This document shows, one piece after another, positions 46,260-56,142 of a stretch of DNA of 64,000 bases (the first letter of the stretch is position 1; every line of letters begins with the position of its first letter). Position numbers and translations under genes: made by a program. Origin of the DNA: Prasinococcaceae sp. CCMP 1430 (lineage: Eukaryota > Plantae > Prasinodermophyta); the NCBI GenBank assembly GCA_013416795.1, contig RQSC01000015.1, positions 399,255-463,254 of the forward strand. Reading direction: 5' to 3'. Below the pieces are notes generated by a model, which searched no databases, had not been told where the DNA came from, and saw only the letters and a program-made list of their open reading frames with translations.

Positions 46260-49200
46260 ATGGAGGGCGACGATGGCTCCGGCGGACGGCGCACGCCGCT
46301 CGCGTCGCTGACAAACAAGCGCGCGCGCACGCCCGGCGGCGCGGGGTCAGCGCTCAAGCCGCCGCCGAAGCGCAGCGCGGGCGCAGCGCCGCCGGCCGCG
46401 CCGACGCCCGGAGCGGCTGCTCTCGGCACTCCGGCGATGCTGGCGGCAATGGGCATCTTCTGCGACGGCGATGAGCGCATGCAGACTGCGCAGCACACCG
46501 CAGACAAGGGTGCGTCCGCCGCGTGCGGCAGCATCGCCTACACGCACATGCCCGCGTGGGCGAGCGCGCATGGGTGTGGCCCCGCGGCCGGCGCGTGCTT
46601 CCCCGCGACTGCGCCTGACCCCTCGCGCCTACTCGTATTGACGCGCCACGCGTGCGACGACCGTGCGCGCGCAGACCGTGCTCCGCTGAGGGCTGCAGCG
46701 TGTGATTCGCCCATCCCGTCGATGGAGGTGTTGTCGACCCCATCGCCAAGCGCCAACGCCTCGGCGGCGTCATTCGCCGAATTGGCGAGCAGCTCGCATG
46801 TGCACGCCACGCCCGAGGCTGCCATCGGCGCGGCCAGCGCCGACAACATCCCCGTGTCCGTCGGGGGCGCAACGCCGGGCGAGTTTGAAAAGTGGCTAGG
46901 GAAGAGGCTGCGCTCGCTCGAGTTCGGCAGAGGTACGGGCGACGCTGAGGGGTTCTGCGTGCGCCGCGCGCGTCACTGTGCCCGCGTCGACGTCGAATCT
47001 TCTGCCATGGCCCTTTCTGACGCGGCACTGGCGGCGCATTTGCGCGCATGCGCTCCCGCGCTGGCACCCGCAGGCGACGCGAGCCCAGGGGCTGTCGCCG
47101 CCGCCGATCACGTCACCCTTGATGTGGCACCCGGCGCGCCTGCTCGTGAGGAGCTGTACCGACTCTTCCTGGGCGCGCGAGAGACGCACCGGCTTCGCAG
47201 CCTCGTCGAGACTCTCAAAGACGAGGAGCTCGATCTCGCAAGTGCCGAGGCCGAGGCGTCGCAGCAGCGCGCGCTTGAGTTCGCCGCCGCTGTCGACCGC
47301 GTGGAGGTGCTTGAGGAGGAGAAGGCGGGGCTTGCTGCCAAGGCGCTGGAGCTCGAGGACCAGCTGGCGGACGCCCGTTCGTTCTCTGACATGCTTGAGG
47401 CGGAGAAGGAGGCGGCAGATGATGCCAGGGACGAAGCAGCCCGCCGCGCGGACGAGCTGACCGCCGCCAAAGAAGAGCTTGCGGAACGTCTGCACGAAGT
47501 TGACGCCGAGCTTTCGTCCGTCAGGATCGAGCTCAAGCGCGTCGTCGACGGCGAGGTATCGCAGCGCGCGCGAGCCGACGCAGCGGAGGCTGCGGCAGCG
47601 AGTGCGAAAGCCGAGGCCGAGTCGAAGCTCAGGCTCGCCGAGGAGGGGCTCGCGGGTACCGTGGCCGAGCTCGCAGGTACCAAAGCCAAGCTCGCCGCGG
47701 TGGAGGGCGAGCTCTCTGCCAAGGCGGTGACGCTCGACCGCAGTGCGGAGGCGCTCACCAGTGCGCAGGGAGAGCTGCAGCGGGTCAGATCCACCATGGA
47801 GGAGCTGACGGCGAAGCAGTCGGCTACCGAGGTGGAGCTTGACGAGGCCAAGTTCGACCTCGTGTCGAGCACCGAGGCGCGCGACGCTTTGCAACTGAAG
47901 CTCGGCGAGGTGCAGGGGGATCTGGAGATGGCGAATTCGGTTGCTGAGAGGACCAAGGCGGAGCTCGATGCGGCCTCGGCCGAAGCAGAGAAGGCCGGCG
48001 ATGCGATTGCCGAGCTCGAGGAGGCCAGGAACGAGCTCGACGCGGCGCGTTCCGACCTGCGAGACGCGATCGCCGAACGGGATGACGTGCAGGCGCAGCT
48101 CGAGGACGCCACGGCTGAGCGCGACGAGGTCAAGGCCGATCTCGAGAAAGCAGTCTGTGACAAGGACGCCGAGCTCGCATCGCTGCGATATGAGTGCGCG
48201 GAGGCAAAGGCCGCTCTCGAAGCAGGCAACAGCGAGGAGGCTGCCGCGCTGCAAGCCGTCGAGTTCGACCGAGCGATGGCCCTCGAACAGCTTGCTGAGG
48301 CCACCGAGGCGATCAAGGAGCTACAGACGCTGAAAGAGACGAGCGATGCCGCCCTCTCGGAGAGCAAACACGCTGTCGCCGACCTGTCCGCTGCGAAGGA
48401 TGCGCTCGCGCGCGATCTGGCGCGCTCTGAATCGGAGGTGCTCACGAGGGACGACGCCATTGCCGCGGCGGCAACGTTGGCTGGCGAGAAGGATGCTGCG
48501 CTCGCCGCCACCAACGCGCAGCTCGCGAGCGCCACAGCGGAGCTCAGGGATGCAAAGGAGGCGTTGAGGACCGCCGAGCACTCGCACGGAGTCGCGCTGG
48601 CCGAGCTTGAGGCCGCAGCTGCTAGTACGGCCGAGGAGGCTGCCAGTACTGTCAGGGCCGCGTTGCAAGCACGTGAAGAGTCCCTCGGCGCCGAGATCGA
48701 GTCGCTGAAGGCCGACCTCGCGGAAGCGCGCGCGAGTCGCGACGCGATGGAGGCCACGTCGGAGGGTGCACACGAGCAGATTGAGGCCATCAGGCAGGAG
48801 TGTGACGTCCTCTCCAAGGAGCTCGCGCTCGCCAAGGAGGCCGCTGCTGCCCTCGAGGCTCTCAAGGTAGAGTCTTCGGCTGCGCTCGAGGAGCTGCGTG
48901 GGCAGCTGGACGCCCTCGCGTGCGAGAAGGAGGATTTGGGCGCCGATCTCGCCGCTGAGCGGGAACGCGCCGATCGCCTCGAGGAGACGTCGGGGGACCT
49001 TGCCGCCAACGTGGAGGAGAAGGTATCGCAAGCGGTGGCCGAGGCCGAGGCCGAGCACGAGGCGTTCCTCGCGGCTCTCGAGAAGGACAACGAAGCAGCA
49101 CTGGCTGCGGCAATCGCCGAGGCCGAGGATCGCCGCTCCGAGGAGGTGGAATCGGTCGCGTCGGAGAAGGCCCAGGCGCTCCAGGCCCTGGAAGATCTCA

Positions 49201-51695
49201 AGGCCGAGCTCCACGAGGCCAGGGACGCCGCGAAGGCAGCTGACGAAACGCTCGCTGTGGAGATGGCCAAGCGCATCGCGCTTGAGAACACGCTTGCCGA
49301 TGGCTCGGACGAAGTGGAAAGGCTGCGTGCCGAGCGTGACAGCTTGCGAGGTGAGGTCGCAGCGGCTCGCGAGATCACTCAGAACGAGCTCGAGGATGTG
49401 CAGGCGCGCCTGGCAGAGGGCGCGGCCAACTTGAGCGCGGCTGAGGCAGAGAAGGCGAGCGCCCTTGCAAGGGTGGCCGAGCTCGAGGCGTGCGTGCAGG
49501 TCGCCGATGGCCGCGCCGCAGCGAGCGAGGCGGGCCTCGCCTCTGCGAGGGCTCTCACGGAGGAGGCGACCCGCGCGCGTGACGCGGCCGTCGCTGCAGC
49601 GGAGGCCGAGAGGGACGAGCTGGCAGCAAAGAACGACACGCTCGAGCGCAAGTACGATGAGCTCGTTTCGAAGGCCGAACAGGACGCGCACGCGCTGGTG
49701 GCCACGCACAAGGACAACATCGCCCAGGCGGTGGCCGAAAAGGCACACGCAGTCGCACGAGTGCAGGAGGAGATGCGGGCGGCTTTGGATGCGGCTGCGC
49801 TCGAGATGCGCCAGCAGCTCGAAACGGCAGCCGCGCGCGCCGAGGAGGCCAAATCCAAGGCAGTGGCCGACGCGGTCGCGGCGACCGAGGTGGCCGCCTC
49901 TTCACTGGCGGCCAAGACCGTCTCCGAGTCGGAGCGCGTCGCTGAGTTGACGCAGAGACTGGATGCGGCTCTTGGTGACAAGGCTGCGGCCGTCGAGCGC
50001 GCGCTCGCCGATCGAGAACGCGCGGTCGAGGAGGTGCGCGCGCTCGCGGAGGCGGACAAGGAGCGCGCGCTCGCAGAGGCTCGCGCCGATGCCGCGAGGG
50101 CGCTGTCCGAGTCTGAGCAGTGGCTCGCGTCCGCGAAGGAAGCCGCAGACAGCAAGGCGGCGGCCGCGCTCGCCGCTGCCGCCAAGGAGCGCGATGAGAT
50201 GATCGCCGAGGCGCAGAAGGGCCTGATGCTCGAGAGCGCCCTGCAGGAAGCGCGCGCGGAGGCTCAGAGCGCCGCCGAGGAGGAGGCCGTGCAGCGAGCG
50301 CGGGCTGAGAGGCTCGAGGAGGAGCTTGAGGCGCTGCGTGAGAGCGGGGAAGTCCTGGCGGGAGAGCCGCTCGAGGAGGCGCCCCCGCTGTCGCCGGGCG
50401 TGTCGCACTCGCCAGCAGTCAATCCCAGCGGCCTCGCCGCGCAGCTCAAGGCCGAGCGCGCGGCCGTCCTGGCGGACCTTGCTGCGACGCGCAAGGAGCT
50501 CCTGGCCGAGAAGGATGCGGCGGCCGAGGCGACGGCGGGGATGGCGGAGGAGGCTGAGAGCTTGCGGCTTCGTTTGGAGGAGGCGACTGCGCAGAAGGAG
50601 GCGCTCGAGTCGCAGCTCCGCGCGGCCGTGGATTCCAACGAGGCAGCAGTTGGGGAGGCGCGCGAGGCTGCGGAGCGCGCCGTCGAGGCGGCGCGCGAAG
50701 CGGAGCTCAGCGCCGATCGCGCCGAGACCGCCGAGGCCACCGACGCGGCGCCCTCCGGCGCCGACGTGCCCACGCTGCAGCGCATCAACCGTGCGCTTCG
50801 ACTGCGATGCGCCCGGCTGGAGCGCGAGATGGCCGCGGAGGCTCAGGCGCGCGCGGCGATCGATCGCGCGTTCGCCGAGCTCAACGGCGAGGAGGACGAG
50901 CATGAGAGCGTGGTCGACGACGAATCTGAGGCTGGCGAGGAGGGGGATGAGGGCGCGGCCATTCATGATTTTGAGGCTGGTTGGGTCGAGGCCGAGGACG
51001 CGCGTGTGCATCCGGCCACTGGCGACTGCGAGGCTGAGGAAGAGGCTTCCGGCATGGCGGTGCGCACGAACGAATTGTTCGAGAGGGAGGGCGGTGGCGA
51101 TGCCGGCGGGGATGGCGCAGACGAGGCGGGCACAAGCGCGCAAGCGGAGCGGCTGCAGCAGATGCGCAGCGTGTGGGAGAGCGCGTCGTGGAGGGGGGCT
51201 ATGGGCGCGAAGGCGAGCAGAGCCACGCACGCCCGTCCCTCCGCTGGTTGGACGCGCGCCCACGGGCGGGCGATGGCACGGCTGGCGGCAGCCAGCGAGC
51301 GGCTGCGCTCGTGGCACCCGCTGGCGGTGGGCCTCGGTTCTGGCGCCGATCAGGTGGAGGGTGGCTGCCGCTCTGTGGCGGCGGCTGCCGCAGAGGCGGC
51401 GCTCCGCGCCCGCCGCGGCGCCGAGGAGCGCGCTGCGCGCGCCGAGGAGCGCTGCCGCGAGCTGGCCGGCCGGTTGCAGGCCGCCGAGGCGAGGGCGCAG
51501 AGGGCGAGTCAGAGGTCTCGAAGGACTGCTGCTGTCGAGGCTGGAGCCGAGGGCAGGCGGACCGTGCGGGAGACGGACGGCGCGAGGAGGCGTGGTGGTG
51601 GGAGGAGCGTGCGGGCGGATGTGCGAAAGGCGCTGTCGGCGATGCTGCTGGAGGGGGATGATGGCGACGATGGTGATTGCGATGGTGATGACTAA
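46260..51695 (+). CDS. Giant Ala/Glu-rich coiled-coil protein (about 1811 aa), single exon
   Basis: Uninterrupted ORF with continuous heptad-type A/E/L/K composition from about 47150 to 50900. ATG at 46260. Confidence 0.75.
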   Translation: MEGDDGSGGRRTPLASLTNKRARTPGGAGSALKPPPKRSAGAAPPAAPTPGAAALGTPAMLAAMGIFCDGDERMQTAQHTADKGASAACGSIAYTHMPAWASAHGCGPAAGACFPATAPDPSRLLVLTRHACDDRARADRAPLRAAACDSPIPSMEVLSTPSPSANASAASFAELASSSHVHATPEAAIGAASADNIPVSVGGATPGEFEKWLGKRLRSLEFGRGTGDAEGFCVRRARHCARVDVESSAMALSDAALAAHLRACAPALAPAGDASPGAVAAADHVTLDVAPGAPAREELYRLFLGARETHRLRSLVETLKDEELDLASAEAEASQQRALEFAAAVDRVEVLEEEKAGLAAKALELEDQLADARSFSDMLEAEKEAADDARDEAARRADELTAAKEELAERLHEVDAELSSVRIELKRVVDGEVSQRARADAAEAAAASAKAEAESKLRLAEEGLAGTVAELAGTKAKLAAVEGELSAKAVTLDRSAEALTSAQGELQRVRSTMEELTAKQSATEVELDEAKFDLVSSTEARDALQLKLGEVQGDLEMANSVAERTKAELDAASAEAEKAGDAIAELEEARNELDAARSDLRDAIAERDDVQAQLEDATAERDEVKADLEKAVCDKDAELASLRYECAEAKAALEAGNSEEAAALQAVEFDRAMALEQLAEATEAIKELQTLKETSDAALSESKHAVADLSAAKDALARDLARSESEVLTRDDAIAAAATLAGEKDAALAATNAQLASATAELRDAKEALRTAEHSHGVALAELEAAAASTAEEAASTVRAALQAREESLGAEIESLKADLAEARASRDAMEATSEGAHEQIEAIRQECDVLSKELALAKEAAAALEALKVESSAALEELRGQLDALACEKEDLGADLAAERERADRLEETSGDLAANVEEKVSQAVAEAEAEHEAFLAALEKDNEAALAAAIAEAEDRRSEEVESVASEKAQALQALEDLKAELHEARDAAKAADETLAVEMAKRIALENTLADGSDEVERLRAERDSLRGEVAAAREITQNELEDVQARLAEGAANLSAAEAEKASALARVAELEACVQVADGRAAASEAGLASARALTEEATRARDAAVAAAEAERDELAAKNDTLERKYDELVSKAEQDAHALVATHKDNIAQAVAEKAHAVARVQEEMRAALDAAALEMRQQLETAAARAEEAKSKAVADAVAATEVAASSLAAKTVSESERVAELTQRLDAALGDKAAAVERALADRERAVEEVRALAEADKERALAEARADAARALSESEQWLASAKEAADSKAAAALAAAAKERDEMIAEAQKGLMLESALQEARAEAQSAAEEEAVQRARAERLEEELEALRESGEVLAGEPLEEAPPLSPGVSHSPAVNPSGLAAQLKAERAAVLADLAATRKELLAEKDAAAEATAGMAEEAESLRLRLEEATAQKEALESQLRAAVDSNEAAVGEAREAAERAVEAAREAELSADRAETAEATDAAPSGADVPTLQRINRALRLRCARLEREMAAEAQARAAIDRAFAELNGEEDEHESVVDDESEAGEEGDEGAAIHDFEAGWVEAEDARVHPATGDCEAEEEASGMAVRTNELFEREGGGDAGGDGADEAGTSAQAERLQQMRSVWESASWRGAMGAKASRATHARPSAGWTRAHGRAMARLAAASERLRSWHPLAVGLGSGADQVEGGCRSVAAAAAEAALRARRGAEERAARAEERCRELAGRLQAAEARAQRASQRSRRTAAVEAGAEGRRTVRETDGARRRGGGRSVRADVRKALSAMLLEGDDGDDGDCDGDD

Positions 51696-51724
51696 AAGTG
51701 CTTTACACGAAGCTTTCGATCTTC

Positions 51725-52825
51725 TCAGTCGACGTGGGCACTGAGTGCTTTGATCGCCTGCGTGTTCTTTGCCCTCCGGGCGACATCGAGCGCGGTCCTG
51801 CCTTCTTTGTCGCGCAAGGACGCGTCCGCGCCCGCGTCGAGAAGTGCGTGAATGCAGTCGATGTGCTGGGGCGACGTCTCCTCCGCCGCGAGGTGCAGGG
51901 GCGTTCGGCCGTCGTCGTCCGGGTGATCTTTGTCTGCACCGGCCTCAAGAAGGAGCGCGACGCACTCTCTGTGGCCATTACGTGACGCCCAATGCAGAGG
52001 AGTAAAGCAGAGTTCGTCCTCGGGATCTATGTCCGCGCCCGCACCTATCAGAAGGTTGGCGAATTCGGCCTGGCCGTTTCCCGATGCGTAATGCAACGGA
52101 GTCATGCCCTCTCCGTCTTTCGTGCAAACCGTGGATGCGTCCGCATCGAGCAGCAGCTTGGCGCATGCGACTTGGCCGCCATTTCTCATCAATGCCCGAT
52201 GCAACGGAGTGTAGCCGTATTCGTCCGCGCGATCTGTGGCTGCGCCCTTATCGAGCAGCAGCTTGATGCATTCAGCAGAGCCACATTTCGATGCCCAATG
52301 CAACGGAGTCATGCCACATTCGTCCGCGCAATCCATGGCTGCTGCGTCCGCATCGAGCAGCAGCTTAACGCATGCGGCGTGGCCGCCCTGCGATGCATAA
52401 TACAACGGAGTTAGGCCGTCTTTGTCCGCGAGATCTGTGGCTGCGCCCGCCTCGAGCAGGACCTTGACGCATTCGGCTTGGCCACATTCCGCTGCAAGGG
52501 CCAACGCAGTGGCGTGGTATTCTTCATCCACCGTATCCTTGTCGATGCCCGCATCCAGGACGCGGCGGATAACTTCAGCCCGCCCTTTTATTGCCGCCCA
52601 CCTCAGGACCTCCTGCAAGTCTCCAAATAGAAGCAGCGCGTCGGCAAACAAGTCCACCTCCCTGCGCGCCGCGTCAACCTCCGCTCGTGCCGCCTGCACA
52701 GCGGCCGCGTTCACGCCGAGCGCCTGCGTGGCGACCAGCAGCGCCTGCCGCGTGCTCTCCGCCTTTGCGGCACCCGCGCCGCCGCTTTCGCCGCCGCCGC
52801 TGCCACCCGCGCGGCCGCCCGCCAT
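51725..52825 (-). CDS. Ankyrin-repeat protein 1
   Basis: About 8 repeats of G.TPLH.A...G...C..LLL.AGA. Confidence 0.88.
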   Translation of the reverse strand: MAGGRAGGSGGGESGGAGAAKAESTRQALLVATQALGVNAAAVQAARAEVDAARREVDLFADALLLFGDLQEVLRWAAIKGRAEVIRRVLDAGIDKDTVDEEYHATALALAAECGQAECVKVLLEAGAATDLADKDGLTPLYYASQGGHAACVKLLLDADAAAMDCADECGMTPLHWASKCGSAECIKLLLDKGAATDRADEYGYTPLHRALMRNGGQVACAKLLLDADASTVCTKDGEGMTPLHYASGNGQAEFANLLIGAGADIDPEDELCFTPLHWASRNGHRECVALLLEAGADKDHPDDDGRTPLHLAAEETSPQHIDCIHALLDAGADASLRDKEGRTALDVARRAKNTQAIKALSAHVD

Positions 52826-53067
52826 TTCTCAGGGAGCAAGGGCCTGGCGGGCAGCGCCGTGTCTCGTGTCTCGTCCCCCGCGGTGCCGCGTCCCCCGCTA
52901 CCGCCGGCGCGCGCAGTGTGGCGGCGGCGCGCCCGGCAGCCCCGGCTGTTTGCGCGCGCGCGCTTTTTTGTGCTGCCCGCACACACCACAAAAATGATGT
53001 TTCAATCTGATGTGACGGCGACGTCCCATCACCAACCTGCGAAAACTCTTTCTCCCCGATGATTTCA

Positions 53068-53320
53068 CCCATCTTCTGAGCGGAAGTGGAACCGTCGATC
53101 GCTCGCGCTGGTCCACCCGATTCCATTCGATTTCCGCTCAGTGCGTCGGCGGGTGCGGCCAGATAAAAATGCGTGTGGCAACCGTGTTATGATAGGACCG
53201 TGGATGTTCGTGTGGGTCGAGGGTGCGTGACGTGACGGCGATGCGAGGCCGCGGCGAGCCACACCGGGTGATATGATACCAATGCGCGAGGGCTGGAAGG
53301 ACTGCTGCTGTCGAGGCTGA
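53068..53320. repeat. Intergenic block duplicated at about 55315..55570, upstream of each ankyrin gene
   Basis: Shared cccatcttctgagcggaagtggaac...gagccacaccgggtg...gataccaatgc...gctgctgctgtcgaggc with substitutions and small indels. Confidence 0.8.
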
Positions 53321-53466
53321 CGCCGAGGGCAGGCGGACCGTGAGGGAGACGGACGGCGCGAGGAGGCGTGGTGGTGGGAGGAGCGTGCGGGCGGATGTGC
53401 GAAAGGCGCTGTCGGCGATGCTGCTGGAGGGGGATGATGGCGACGATGATGATTGCGATGGTGATG
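53296..53466 (+). pseudogene. Duplicated copy of the last 171 nt of the coiled-coil CDS (51520..51690)
   Basis: Co-linear, gap-free and nearly identical alignment by eye. It lacks the original TAA. Confidence 0.8.
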
Positions 53467-53573
53467 GCCGCGAGTGCTTTGCTGATGCTACCAAGCACAC
53501 ACGCGCGCACGCGTTAAGTCGCCACGCGATGCGCCGTGGCAGCGGCCGTGCGCGACTGTGCGCTCATTTACAG

Positions 53574-54959
53574 TTAGCATCGCGGGCGCGTGCTTGCTTT
53601 GGGCTCCTCGACGGGCTCGGCCCTCTGCGGGGCGCGGGGGGTGGCGTGCTGGCGCAGCAGCGCCGCGGCCTCCTTGTGTCTGGTTAGTTCAGCCATGTCG
53701 AGCGGCGTCCAGCCAAAGTTGTTGCGAGCGGATGCGTCGGCGCCCGCCTCGAGCAGCAGCCGCAGGCAACCAAGGTGTCCAACCTTAGCCGCACTATGCA
53801 GGGGTGTGTCGCCAGCCGTGTCGACCTTATCCTTGTCGGCGCCAGCCTCGAGCAGCAGCTGCAGGCAATCAAGGCTTCCAAAATAAGCCGCATGATGCAG
53901 GGGTGTGTGGCCACCCGTGCCTCCTTTGTTCTTGTCGGTGCCAGCCTCCAGCAGCAGCCGCACGCAATCGAGACGGTCCCGAAAAGCGGCGTAGTGCAAC
54001 GCAATTCTGCCAATCCAATCTGCCTTTTCCGTCTCGGCACCCGCCTCGAGCAGCAGCCGCAGGCAGTCTGGCGTATTTCCCTGAGCAGCTTGATGCAGGG
54101 GTGTGCGGCCCACATTGTCGGCCTTGTCCTTGTCGCCGCCGGCCTCGAGCAGCAGCTGCAGGCAATCAAGGCGCCCGTACTCAGCCGCTTGATGCAGCGG
54201 TGTGAGGCCCATCGTGTCTCCTTTGTGCTTGTCGGCGCCAGCCTCCAGCAGCAGCCGCAGGCAGTCGAGACAGCCCCGTGAGGCGGCGTAGTGCAAGGCA
54301 GCGCTGCCATCCAGATCTGCCTTGTCCGTCTCGGCACCCGCCTCGAGCAGCAACTGCAGGCAATCAACGTGCCCGCACTGAGCCGACACATGCAACGGTG
54401 TCATGCCATTGAAAGTGGCCTTGTCTATGTCGGCCCCGGCCTCGAGCAACAGCCGCAGGCAGTTCATTTGGCCGCCATTAATTGCGTCCACAAGTGCGCC
54501 CGCGTCCACATTCGCGCCTCGCGACAACGCGTGGCGGAGCGCATACTCCGCACCGCATCCCGCGGCACGTCGGAGCAATACGTTCACGTCCAAAGGTAGC
54601 ACAATCGATGTGCCAACCGGAGGCTTCCCGTCAGTGAGGAACAGGTCAAGCTCCTCCTTCAAAGCGTCGCGCTCCGCGCGCGCTTTTTGCACGGCGACGG
54701 CGCTGACGCCGCACACCTGCGTCACCAGAAGCAGCGCCCGGCGCGAGCGCTCCGCCGACGCAGAGCGGAGGCCTCCGGAACCACATTTGCTGCCACCCGT
54801 GGCACTGTCAGTGGCGTGGACAGCCGCGCCGGCATTGCAGCCGATCGCTCCGATGCATCCATTGCCGACCCATGTGATCTCCGCCCTCATCGCGTCACTG
54901 GCTGCACGCGCCTCGCGCACGGCCGCCTCGTTGACGCCGAGCGCCTGGATTGCCAGCAT
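53574..54959 (-). CDS. Ankyrin-repeat protein 2 (paralog of 51725..52825)
   Basis: About 9 repeats of TPLH.AA..G.LDCLQLLLEAGAD.DK. The N-terminal helix is homologous to paralog 1. The start is uncertain. Confidence 0.88.
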   Translation of the reverse strand: MLAIQALGVNEAAVREARAASDAMRAEITWVGNGCIGAIGCNAGAAVHATDSATGGSKCGSGGLRSASAERSRRALLLVTQVCGVSAVAVQKARAERDALKEELDLFLTDGKPPVGTSIVLPLDVNVLLRRAAGCGAEYALRHALSRGANVDAGALVDAINGGQMNCLRLLLEAGADIDKATFNGMTPLHVSAQCGHVDCLQLLLEAGAETDKADLDGSAALHYAASRGCLDCLRLLLEAGADKHKGDTMGLTPLHQAAEYGRLDCLQLLLEAGGDKDKADNVGRTPLHQAAQGNTPDCLRLLLEAGAETEKADWIGRIALHYAAFRDRLDCVRLLLEAGTDKNKGGTGGHTPLHHAAYFGSLDCLQLLLEAGADKDKVDTAGDTPLHSAAKVGHLGCLRLLLEAGADASARNNFGWTPLDMAELTRHKEAAALLRQHATPRAPQRAEPVEEPKASTRPRC

Positions 54960-56142
54960 CGCTCCATGCCGACGCGACCCACGCCTCGCCCGCGCCGCCG
55001 CTCCCGCCGCCGCCCGCGCCGCCGGCGTCCATCCCCGCGAGCGCGCTCGTCTCGTCGAGTGCACGCGCGTGAGCTCGTTCAGAGACGCGGCCACCTCGGG
55101 ACAGACGTGGGACTCGTGGGCACCCTCGGCTGCCTCTCGCGCGCTGTTTGGCGCCTCCGCCTGCGCGCGCACGCGCGCAAAAAAGCGCCGCTGTCGCATC
55201 GATCGCATCGCATTGCGCGGAAAAAAATACGCATGTCAAAACGCACGCAAAGTTGTGAAAGAAAGAAAGTGAGTGGGCGCACGAAAAAAGCCCCATCAAA
55301 ACGAACGAGTGTAACCCATCTTCTGAGCGGAAGTGGAACAGTCGATCGGTCGCGTGCGCCCACCCGATTCCATTCGATTTCCATTCGATTTCCGCTAAGT
55401 GCGTCGGCGGGCGCGCCCAAAAAAAATGTGTGGGTCAACCTCTTTCCGTACAGTGGATGTTCGTGTGTGTCGAGGGTGAGTGACGTGACTGCGATGCGAG
55501 GCCGCGGGGAGCCACACCGGGTGGGATGATACCAATGCACGAGGGCTGGAAGGGCTGCTGCTGTCGAGGCCGAACGCGGAAACTGACTTTCAATCAGATG
55601 GGACGGCGACGTCCGATCCGATCAATCCCTCGTTAAGGTGACAGCGGCCGTTTCCGTTTCAGTTTATGTTTCTGTTTCCGGTTTCGGCGCTCACAGGCGT
55701 GCGGGGGGAGGCCCCTGCGCGAGCAGCTGGGGCGTCATTTCGGGACCCCTGCGCCCGCCGTCGACGCCGCCTGCGCGTCCGCGGAGGGTTCGGGGTGGGC
55801 GTCCTTGACGTGGGCCCGCCGAGCGACGGCCGTCGGCGCACGCAATCAACAAAGAGGGCAAGATCGACATCGCCAAAAGGCAAGAACTTCACCAGGCCGC
55901 GGCGATGCTGCGTCACTATGGCGTCTCCGCCGCGCGGGGGCGTCGCTAGAGAGCTCGGACAGGAGAGGAGAGACATGCGTGTGCGCAGGCAAACGCGCGA
56001 GTATACGCACGTGCACACGTACGTGTCTTATAAGTCCTCATCAGTTTCGTCGCGCATTGCTTCTCACACGGCCATGCGATGGAGTGGCACGCGCCAACTG
56101 CCCTTTCAAGGCGAGACTGATACCCTCTCTGCGCGCGTAATC

